A stretch of 64,000 nucleotides of DNA from Callorhinchus milii. Its lineage: Eukaryota. Positions 27,301 to 39,300 of the stretch are shown piece after piece. Under the pieces are notes generated by a model, which did no database searches, was not told the origin of the DNA, and was given only the letters and a program-made list of their open reading frames with translations. Made by a program: the position numbers and the translations under genes. The DNA is taken from positions 47,618,001 to 47,682,000 of the forward strand of contig NW_024704742.1 of the NCBI RefSeq assembly GCF_018977255.1. The letters run 5' to 3'. How positions within the stretch are numbered: the stretch's first letter is position 1; each line of letters begins with the position of its first letter.

Positions 27301-30300
27301 ATAATTGACCCCAGTTATGCACATATTGGTCACTGTTGAGAAATAACAATATATTATTACATCACTAAAATGCATTGCTCAAAGACATTTGGTTTTGGTG
27401 ACCAATTTGTTTGCAGATTTACATGTTCCATTGTTGCCTTAAATAACCTAAACCTAAAAATAATACATTTCTTTCTTTATGTACTGAAGAGATTTTCATT
27501 AACTAAGCAAATTGCACGTTTCTGTTTTGTTTTTATTTTAGGCCGCCTGGAATTAAAAGAAGACAATATTGAGTGTCTCTTATCCACAGCTTGCCTCCTA
27601 CAACTCTCACAGGTCGTGGAGGCATGCTGTGGGTTCCTGATGAAGCAGCTTCATTCTTCCAACTGCCTTGGAATTCGCTCATTTGCTGATGCGCAGGGCT
27701 GCACTGACCTGCATAAAGTGGCTCACAACTACACCATGGTATGTATATGATGACAGGGAAGTGATTGCTGCTTCACCATACATTAGTATGTATTCGGTGA
27801 ATCATGAAGAAAAATGAAGAAGCCATCTGTAAAAACACGTTAACCCTCAGATTGTATACAAATGAGAATAAATAAATCTGTCAGAATTCTCAATGACAGT
27901 GCTTTGATACAGTATAATCATTTGCAACACTATGTTGATTTTTTTCATACAGGGAACATGCTGCATAACATTCATAAATTAAAATGTATTTCTAGAAAGC
28001 TGTTTTCACAATTAGCTTTACCTGATAGGCACCTTTAGCAGCACATCTCGACCATGGTATTATTTGGATCCCAAGAGTGACCTGAAATGATGTTCACTAG
28101 AAATCTTTAATAGGTAGTCAGAACTATTCCTTTTGAATGTGGTTGCTAGAGCAACTGTTTGGATTTGGCAATTCATGTTAATTTCAGGTACAATTAATCT
28201 CACAGTAATTAAACATTTTATACAATAGTGTGTATGTGTGTATGTGTGTGTATGTGTGTGTGTATGTGTGTATGGATGTATTTTATTTTACTGTTAAATC
28301 TTTTTGTACTTTCGCAGGCAGGAAAGATTCTGAAACGTAATCCAGTTTATTTTCTAATGGTGTTTTCCTATAATGTTTTATAAAATTTAAACCAAAGAAA
28401 GGTTTAAAATGCCTTTTATTTTAGTAGCACTTGTTGAGCTCATTGCCATTCTTTATCATTGAGGAACTGAAAAAAAATTGGAGCAATAATTTAAAGATTG
28501 TTAGAATGTGTATGAAACCAAAGTAATTTTGTTTATGACATTTTAGATAAATAATGATGTATTAGTAACAGGTTATACATTTTCAAAAAAGGTTATATCA
28601 CAGGTCACATATTGAGCAAATATATATTTATGTTTGGTTCAAACATATGAGTGTATTGGCTATGTTCAGAGGATATAAACAAAGGTGCTTAAACTTTATG
28701 TGGGTTTTGCTGACTAGGTGAGGTATTACAAGTTACTGACATTGTATGTTTACTGAAAATGTCACTGAATGAAATATTGTAATTTATTGTAGTTCACACT
28801 TTTGTCAGCTGGGGTCACTAAGAAAGGTATTTTAAGATTGTAAAGATACTTTTAAAAGAACAGAAAGGTTACAAAGACTTTTTAGTGGTAGAGTGAATTT
28901 ATTTGTAGATATTTGGAAGAGTTTTGCCATTATTTTGTTTCACTTTTATGCATTTCTAAAACAAAATGTGAATTAGAATTGGTGGCAAAACCACTATCAA
29001 CAGTATGGAGATTAATTCTTCATTAAACATCTAAGCACAAATAAACTTGGTCTCCTAAATCCCAATGCTCTGTGACTGATATTTTTATTGTAAAATATTG
29101 TATATAGAGAATTCTAAGGATTCAGTACATTATTCACACTAATCAGAAACAAATGATATATGTTCCTCACTTCCAAAAGAGCTAGTGCTGAAAATAATAC
29201 CTTCCCTGAAATGCAGAGATTGAATTCAGTTTATAGGAGAGGCAGGATAGAATACGGTGCTTCATTTGCGTCAGATTCAATTTACCGGCTAATTCCTCCC
29301 ATTGCCCAGTATAATACTTCTCACCGCTGATTAATCTTAGTGATTACAAATCTGATATAAGCCTTTATGCATCTGAGCACAGTCCATTACAGTCTCATTT
29401 AAACATATACGCTTTGATTCAGTTTTGTTTGTGCTTTGTTGACCACACTCACAAACAGCAAAAGATTGATGGATACACAGAAGCTGTTCAAATGGAAAAT
29501 AAGTAGTCAACAAATGCAACAGAGCAGTATGCCATTTCTGTTTTCTTTTGACAGTTCTTTGCTAGCCTACTGTTTCCTCTAAATAAACAAAAACAAAGTC
29601 TAAAGTTTGTAGACGAGGTAATTTCTGTGTGAGAGATATAGTAAAGGAATAAAAACAATTCTGTAGAGAAAATTGGGTTTTCTGTACCACTATTAAAAGG
29701 TAGCATGAAATACAGTAAATGTGATTAATTTATTTTCATAGCTGTGGTATTAAAAATAAAATGTTTGCCTTTAGATAGTAATACATAGAATATTACTGGA
29801 GAATTGAAGTATTCAGGAACCTGCAGACTTCAAAGCTTTAGCAAGCTGGATTGTTGACGTTCTCTTGTAGCTAACGTTGAAGTTTTGGATTCTAGGCTGA
29901 GGTTTTTCAATGATAATAATAATCCTTGCATTTGATATGGAGCCTTATAATAATAATAATCCTTGCATTTGAAATGAGGCAGCCAATTGCGCACAGCAGT
30001 GTCCCACAAACAGTCGCGGATTGAGTGACCACATTTTTTTAGATAGATTATTATAGGATGAGTTAACTAAATGGATATCCCGTAAAGCAACATCTGAAAG
30101 ACTGCTCCAATTTGCAACAGTTGACCTCTCTGTGGTACTGCAAGATAGTCACTCCCAAATATTTTCTGGCAGCCATAGGCACGGTTTTTCTGAATTTGGG
30201 GAGGATTGTTTCAAAACATGTTTTATTAAGTTTCTTTAAATAAGGAATGGAAGATGTTTGAGAATGTTACAATTTTTGACTCCTTAAGTCTTAGAATTTC

Positions 30301-33300
30301 AAGTTACAAGGGTTTGGAAAAGAGCTAAAAGAACTTTCAAGTTTATGAGGATTGACTGGGCTGATCCAGGCAAATCCTTTAATTCCTTGTTTCTCTGAAA
30401 TATAGTCCTTTGTTTCTCCAGAAATATATAGAGTTGTCACTTCAGACAGTCTACTCAATGACCTTTCCTAGTTGCTTATTCCAAACATCTATTACCGTTT
30501 AAGTAGAAAGGTTCTTACAGATTGAAAGTAAACAATGGCCACATTTGAAGCTGTAGCCCTCCTGAAAACTGAATCGAGATTTCAAGGAAATTTTTTTTTC
30601 AAAAAGCCAGTTTTTCACATTACACATTTTCTGTGAATATAATCTTTGTTTTTCTCTTTATATTCTTGAACAAGAATTGTCTAATATTCCCAAATATTAT
30701 GAAGTGTACACTTGTCGCTGTTGCTGCTTCATCTCGTTACCATGTTTTACTCTTTAAAACTGCTAGTTAAGGATATCCTAGGAGCAAACATTCAAAGTTC
30801 ATCTTAGTGTAACATTATCCATTTAATCAATTGCAATGGTAGGCATTAGGCGATGCATCCCACATGCAATGTCATGCCTGTAATAAAGCATATTAATTAT
30901 AATAATATAATAATATTCTTTGCATTTCATATAGCACACTATCACATTATTGAGGTGTCTCAAAGTGCTTTACAGGATTTTATTGTGAAGTGTAGTGATC
31001 ATGTATTTCTCGGCAAACACAGCAGCGAAAAAGGGCACAGAAGTGTCCCACAAAACAGCCATGGAATGAGTGACCAATTTTTGGGGAGAGAATGTTGGCC
31101 AGGACACCAGGAGAAACTCCCTTCTCTTTTTGAATAGCTCCATCTTTAATGGTGGCAGATGGGCCATCCTTTGGATGAGACCTTGGGTTAACGTCTCACC
31201 CATAGGATGCCACTTCTAACAATGCAGCACCCTCAGCACTGCATTACAATAATAGTAACACTGGAATTTGATATAATGCCTTATTGCAGCGTCGAGATAT
31301 GTTAAGGTGCTTCACCATGAAGTGCAGTAACTGTATTTGTAGACAAATGCAGGAGCCAATTTGTGCCAACAATGTAATGGTTCCATTTACAAATTTGCTT
31401 TCTGCTGTTAAAATCGTTCATTAGCACAGCCCTATTTACAATTTTTAAAATCCTATTGGAAGATGTGACTGGAGCACGAGATTTTTCTTTACTAAAATTG
31501 TAATGTTGTTCAGCATAGCAAGCTTTGTTGGGAATGATTTTACACTTCACAAGTACAATATTTTACTTTTATGAGAAACACTATGTTGTTAACCTGAGGG
31601 GAAAATAAAGAGTGAGACTTATTTTATTCTTTTGTTTCAGGAGCACTTCATGGAGGTGATAAGAAACCAGGAGTTTCTGCTACTGCCGGCCAATGAGGTA
31701 GTTAAGCTGTTGGCCAGTGATGATATGAATATACCAAATGAAGAGACCATACTGAATGCGTTGCTTAGCTGGGTTCGGCATGATACAGAAAGCAGACAGA
31801 AAGAACTTAGCAAATTGCTAGCTTACATCAGACTTCCGTTACTTTGTCCTCAGGTACATTACATTATAGCTTTAAAATAATGTCTTGGTGATTCCCATGA
31901 AGTCATTGTATTCATCAAACATACAGGGCAACCCCATTATAACATGGATCTCAATATCCACATTATACACAAAATGTGAAAAATGGCTGACTTTCAGGTC
32001 ATTGTAAAAATGGTCATTCGATTTCTGCAGGCATCACTTCCTGAACGCTATGAGCCTTAGTTTCTTGTTCCAACACACAGAACCTTATGGAATCTTGGTG
32101 TTTTAGTCAATCGTTAGCTATCCTGTAAACCTTTCATCCAGGCTCTGACTAAGTCCACTTTTTTCCCCGTCTCTTCCATTTCATCAACTACTAGTACTAC
32201 TTGATCCACAAGCCTATCCTTGCCCAGCTCTACTGGTGGTTCAACTTTAAGATCTCCATCCTTACCATCAAATACCATGATCATATCGCATCTTACATCT
32301 GTAATGTACCGCAAATGTATTCCTCCGGCTGCTCTACAAACTCTGGCCTGCTCCATGTCCTCTTTCCCACAATTGGGTGACATTTCAGCCACTTTGCCCT
32401 TGCTCTCTGAAATTCTATTTTGACATCGCTCTTTTTGCTTCCAAAACCTGTCTAAAGACCCATCTCTATGACTGCGTCTTCAGCCACCTAACCTCTCCTA
32501 CACCTGCTCTGTCTTTCTAATTTGATTTCGGACATTCCCTACATGAAAGGAACTATTTGAGTACAATTTGTTGGTGTTTGCAGGAAGCACCACTGTCATC
32601 ACTTACTTTGCAGAATGACATCAGGGATACATCTTGTACATAAACACACAGGAAGTTATATCTGTGGCATCCTGGTGACCTGGAATTTCATGATTTTTAT
32701 TGCCAGAATCCAGCTAGTTGGCCCTGGAAGTCGGCTTCTGGTCAGCACAGGTCCACTGTAGACCCATGCTTTAAGTGAACCTGTACTCAACCTTGGGATA
32801 TTATAACAGGATTACCCTATACTTGACAGACTCTCCAATACAGTGCTATATTGTCAGAGGTGCTGTCCTTCAGATGAGACATTAAACCTGCCCATTCAGG
32901 ATTATATTACATAGAATTACATAGAATACACAGCACAGAAACAGGCCATTCAGCCCAACTGGTCTATGCTAGTGTTTATTCTCCACATGAGCTGCCTCCT
33001 GCCCTTCCTCAACTTATCAGCATAACCTTCTATTCCTTTCTCCCTCATGTACTTATCTAGCTTCCCCTTAAATGCATCTATGCTATTCGCCTCAACTACT
33101 CCTTAAGGTAGTTGTTCCACATTCCCACCACTCTCTGTGTAAGGAAGTTTCTTCTGACTTCTCTATTTGATTTATTGGTGACTATTTTATATTGATGGGC
33201 CCTGGTTTTAGTCTCTCCCATAGGTGGAAACATCTTCTCTACATCTACTCTATCAAAACCTTTCATAATTTTAAAGACCTCTATTAGGTCACCCCTCACC

Positions 33301-36300
33301 CTTCTCTTTTCAAGAGAAAAGAATCCAAGCTTGTTCAGCCTTTCCTGATAGGTATAACCTTGCAGTTCCAGTATCATCCTTGTAAATCTCCTTTGCACCT
33401 TCTCCAGTGCCTCTATATCCTTTCTATAATATGGGGACCAGAACTGTACACAGTACTCCCAAATGTGGTCTAACCAAGATATACAAGTTTAGCATAACTT
33501 CCCTGCTTTTCATTTCTATCCCTCTAGAAATGAACCCCAATGCTTGGTTTGCTTTATTTTATGGCCTTATTAACCTTTTTATGGCCTTAAAGATCCCTTG
33601 GTACTATTCGAAAAGAGAAGGGAGTTTCTTCCAATGTCCTAACCAACAATCTCCCCCCAAAAAATTGGTCATTCACTTCTTGGTTATTTGTGTGCCATTG
33701 TTGTGTGTAAATTGGCTGCTGCATTTGCCTACACAATATACAGTCATAGTAAATACACTTCAATAATTGTGGGAAGCGCTTTGAGATATTAGTTGTTAGT
33801 TTTGAAAAAAAAACTGGTTGATAAAAATCTCAGAAATATTTTGTGCACCGCAATTGATGTACTTCAACACAGCTTATGACTTTTGAAAAACAAATATTCT
33901 TTAAGTACATTTTGTAACTGTGACGTCCCTTTAAGTAGTTTCACTGCATCGTGAAAAGATTCGTCTTAAGCTCAGACAATTCTTAAGCAATTCTCCATTC
34001 TTTTTCCAAAGGTAACACGGGTACGTAGCAACATTTTTCAGATGGAAATGCCATACAATTTGCCTAATGATTCTGTATCTCTCCGCGTTTGTCTGTGTAA
34101 CTTATGCCTTCCTGGGTGCAGTCCCAGTGCAATAATAATAATCCCTCCAAAACCAAAAACAATAATAAATTGGTCGTTTTCAATCTACGACTGTTTGTGG
34201 GACATTGCTGTGCGCAATTGGTTGCCGCGTTCGCCCACAAATATACAGTCAATTCACTTTACAGTGTGTTCTGTGAAGCGCTTTGGGACGTCCTCCCGAC
34301 GTGAAAAGCGCTATATCAAATGCAAGGATTATTAGTATTATTAACAGTAGATCATGCAATAAATTCTTCTTGTTTAGATAGTGAACATTGGCAAGTTATT
34401 TGCTTAATTGGGTCCTCAGCCAGTGTTCACACGCGTCTATCACTGGATAGCAAGAGTGGAATTTCTGTCTGATCTATTTTTCCTCTTACTTAACCTGAGG
34501 GCACTGAAATTAATTGTTATACTACCCTGTATTGTCACCTTATGAAGATCAAAAAGATGCATTGTTTTATCAGGGTGTACAGTGTTATAGTCAGGCTGCA
34601 GCTTGAATACTCCATACCATTCTGGTCACCAGGAGCTATGAGCAACGATTCGACAAACTAGGGTTCATCTAGGTCTTGAGAGAATTCGACTCAGACCTCA
34701 TAGAAGTGTACAACATTTTAAATGTAATCAAAAAAAAAACAATACTTTAGGACGTACCACGACAATAGAACAAGAGGACACAGGTTTAGAGCTGGAAAGG
34801 GCAATTTCAGGACAGATAATAGGAATTTTTTCTTAATGTAGAGCATAATCAATGATTGGAACAGATTACCTGGAAAGCTGGTAGAGGCCAGGACACTAAA
34901 CTCATTTAAAAAGTAGCTTGATGCAGTGATGGGGGTACGGTAGGGTGGGTGTTCTAGAGGGATGGGGGAAGATAGGGCTTCTTCATCCAGTCCAATCTTG
35001 TAACCAGACCTTGTAAAAACTGGCTAATGTTAAATTGCTTCCTTAAAGCTGCTTAGTTCAATACAGGAATGAAACCCGAATAATTTGCTTACTCATTTCT
35101 GCGATCTAATGAGAATTTTTTTTAAAACAAAATGTTGAGAGAGGTAGCATTTGAAGTTTGAATTGTCATATCGCAAACATGTTGCCATGGTTTCACATGT
35201 ATAGCTATTGGAATTGAAAGTATCCTAAGGCACTCGGTTAAGCTATATCCAGCATAATTCTGCTCTGCAATTATTATGATCAACAAGTAAGGTTGTTTCA
35301 ATTAATCATTTTTGTTATTAAATATCTTACCAATTATTGTAGTAAAAGTCTGTATTAATTAACTGTAAAGCACAAGATACCGATTACTGCATGGTCTTGC
35401 AAATCATAGTTCATATTACACATTTTAAATTACACAATAAATTAGTTTTTTTGGTTAACGTAAATAACGTACCTTAACTTGTTCCATTAGTTAATTTGTG
35501 AACAATTTGTCTCCAACAGAATAATGGTTAGGTTCATTCCCCAGCTATCCTTTGTACCCCACATCCAGTCTCTGGCCAGGTTCACTTTCCTCCACCACTG
35601 CCACATTGCCCGCTTCTGTCCGCACCTCACTCAAAAGCTGCCAAAACCCTCATCCATGCCTTGACTACTCAAATGCCCTCTTCGCTGGATTCCCCTGCTC
35701 CACTGTTCACAAAATTCAACTAATTCAAAACTCCGCCACCCACATTCTCACCCACACTAAACTCTGTACCTCCATTACTCCAGTCCTTGTTAAACTCCAT
35801 TGGCTCCCTGTCATAAAGCAGATCGATTTCAAAATCCTCATTCTCGTATTTAAATCCCTTCAGGCGCTGGAAGACCCCCTTTCTCTCCAACCTACTCTCT
35901 CCCTACACTACTACCTAGCAAAAATGATTCAGGTGTCAGAATTTGCAAAGGAATAGGAGCTGGAGTTTACCCACGAGGTGGGGCTAGTCTCTCTTGATTA
36001 CTGTTGGAAAATTTATACCAAGTTCCCCAGTGCTACCCGATATTTCAACAACTGCAGATTAAAGACGTTCATTGGTAATAATAATAATCCTTGCATTTGA
36101 TATAGCACCTTATTAAGTCTTTGAGACATCTCAAAGCGCTTCACAGAATATACGATAAAGTGAATTGACTGTATATTTTGTGGGCGAAATGCGGCAGCCA
36201 GTTGCGCACAGCAGTGACCCACACACAGTAATGGATTGAGTAACCAAATTTTTTATTAAGAGATTATTACCCTCAGAAAAGCGGTCTGCCAATCAACTAA

Positions 36301-39300
36301 TAACCGGGTTCCTACTTACTGCTAGGTAAACAGAGGCATGTGGAGTAAGGAAACTTGTCAAATATTTTGCCCTGCTCAGGAATCGAGCCCAGGTCCTTTT
36401 GCTTGTGAGACGAGTGCTCAAATCACTAAGCTACAGGGCTTCACTCAGTAACAACAAAGCTAAACAAAGTTTTCTACATTTTTCATTGCTTTCTACCTTT
36501 ATCACCGAATATTAGGCAGATATGGAAAATAGAAACATAGGAACGGGAGTAGGCCATTCAGCGCTTCAAGCCTGTTCCGCTATTTAATTAGATTATGGCT
36601 GATCTGTACCTCAACTAATCCTTTCAATCCCAATTTCCCGTTTTCTCCCTTAATACCCTGACCTACCAAAAATCTATCAACCTCACTCTTGAAGCTGTGG
36701 ATGGATCCAGCATCCACTGTCTTTTGGGGGAGAGAATTCCAGATTTCTACCACCCTTTGAGTGAAAAAATGCTTCCTGGTTTCATTTTTAAATGGCTTGG
36801 TTCTAATTTGAAGACTGTGCCCCCTTGTTTTGTATTCCCCCACCAGATGAAATAGCTTCTCTGTATCTACCCTATCAAATCACTTTATCATCTTAAATAC
36901 CTCAATCAAATTACCCTTCAACCTTCTAAACTCAAGGGAATACAATCCAAGTTTATGCCGCCTTTCCTTGTAACTTCACCCTTTTAGGCCTTGTACCGTT
37001 CTGGTGAACTTGCGCTGCACCTCCTCCAGGGCCAATATATCTTTCCTGAAGTGTGGTGCCCAAAACTGAACACAGTACTCCAGATGGGGTCTGACTGACA
37101 CTCTATACAGCTGAAGCATCATTTCTTCCCCTTTGTATTCCAGGCGCCTTGAGATAAAAACCAACCTTCCATTTGCTTTTTTGATTACTTATGAAATATG
37201 CCTGTAATCCTTACACGCCTACATAAACAGTGGCAGGTGGCAGATTATAGTTATTATTTATCTTCATAACCTGTTGGGTTTTGACTGTAACATTGGTGTC
37301 AATGGATTAGCCCCATACAAGAACATCTTTCACCTCTAGGATCTTAGTGCAATACACCACACAGTTAATACTCACATTGGCCTTTGAAGGCCCTATAAGG
37401 AATGGATTTAAGGAATTATCTTTTCAGCAGGAGGCATTTAATGTTTTGGTTAAGGAAATTGGCCATAGATGACTTCTTGTTTTGGAGGAAAACACTTTTT
37501 AAAGAGAATTCAAATGAATTGTTCTTTCAAATGTTTTAAAACGATTACCTATAGAGATGTATTCATAAAGATAAAATAGCTATTATTTTTCCATGCAATT
37601 GTGCAGGTGCCTTCATAGAGAACATTTTAGTTCTGTACATTGTCATTCCAAAGAAAATACTGTGTTAAAAAGTGCAGCGTAGGCAGAATGATAAAGAGTT
37701 GTTGCTAAACTTCAGAGTGACAACTTGGCAAGTAATTAAAGCTTTGAATGCAACCTTTGTGTCAACTGGTTTCATTTATTCCAAAATGAAATCCTGAGGT
37801 GTTCTTAAATGTGACAGTAATCAACTGTTTAAAGAGCAGAAGCAGCAACTTTTGGCACAGTATGCTGCATATATCAGCAACTTGGGAATGAAATAAATTA
37901 TTTTGTTAGAAGCTCTAAAAGAAATGCCACATTGGCTACGCATTTGAAATAGATTAGCAAAGTCTCTTATCTTCATTTTCGGGAGTGGTCGTACGGGTTG
38001 TTTGTGTATTTATTATTGGGTAAAACAGTATGTTACAATTTTCATCCATTTGACAGCATTTAGCTTCATATTATTGTATTACTGGTATATGCTATGACAT
38101 TGTGCAATAATTTAGATTCTGTATTCTCACTCTTGTGTTGCTTCTGATTTTAGTGGAGCTATCGCATTTTATATTGTTGGGCAAATCCATTGGAGAACAA
38201 ATACTGTTTCCAATTAGCCCCATCAACTATCTCCCAGTTCTCTATACCTGTAACACTCCCATCTGACTTAAAATATCTGTTTTTTTTATATATGTATTTT
38301 ATGTTTTAACAAGATGGAATAGAACCACAGTAGTTAGGGAACAGAGGAACCAGCAGATAAGGGAGGAGCTGGTGGCAGAGATGCAAGTGATGAGTTCATC
38401 TACCATTGTGGAGTCCTGTAGCTCAGTGGTTAGAGCATTCGCCTTGCAAGCAAGAGATCTGGGTTCTATTCCCGGCATGGCGAAATGTTGGGCAAGTTTC
38501 CTTACTCCACACGCCTCTGTTTACCTAGCAGTAAGTAGGAACCTAGTTGTTAGTCGATTAGTGGATCGCTTTTCTGGGGATAATAATCCCTCGAAAAAAT
38601 TAATAATTTGGTCACTCAATCCATGACTGTTTGTGGGACACTGCTGTGCGCAGTTGGCTGCTGCGTTTCGCACCCAAATATACAGTCAATTGACTTTACA
38701 GTATATACTATGAAGCACTTTGAGATGTCTAGAAGATGTGAAAGGTGCAATATCAAATGGAAGGATTATTAGTACTGACTGATGTCTACGAAGATTACAG
38801 TCAACCAAATGATTTGAGGATTGTAATATCTCAGTTGATGGCAGGCCCAGACTTCATATTTTGCAAAAAGTTTGCGATTATTGTTCTGGCATTAATGGTC
38901 ATGCTTTAGTGACTTTCCCTTAACCACACCTAATATTTTGTGAATTCTGTGAAACTTTTAAGGTAAGGGTGCAAAAATATCAACTGTAATAGCTCACCAA
39001 AATCATCTAAATTAGCATGGCAGCCACCAGTTTGTATTAGAACTTTACTTACCTCCAAAGCTAGTTTTGGTATCGTTGGATAAACTGGGTTGGCGATTTT
39101 CCTTAGGGAACAAAGTGTCTAAATAATCTTGCATTAGCAGACTCAGTAAAGGTCCAAACTTGGAAAAATAAAGGACAACACAGCCACAGTCTATCCTGAT
39201 TTATAATAATAAATAATAATCCTTGCATTTGGTATAGCCTTAATAATCCGTGTATTTGCTATATCTTAATAATCTCAAATGTCTCAAAGTGCTACACAGG

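Noticed and set aside
38410..38480. tRNA-like sequence with A and B boxes
   Set aside because: It is a SINE head; it runs into the SINE body and the anticodon region varies between copies.
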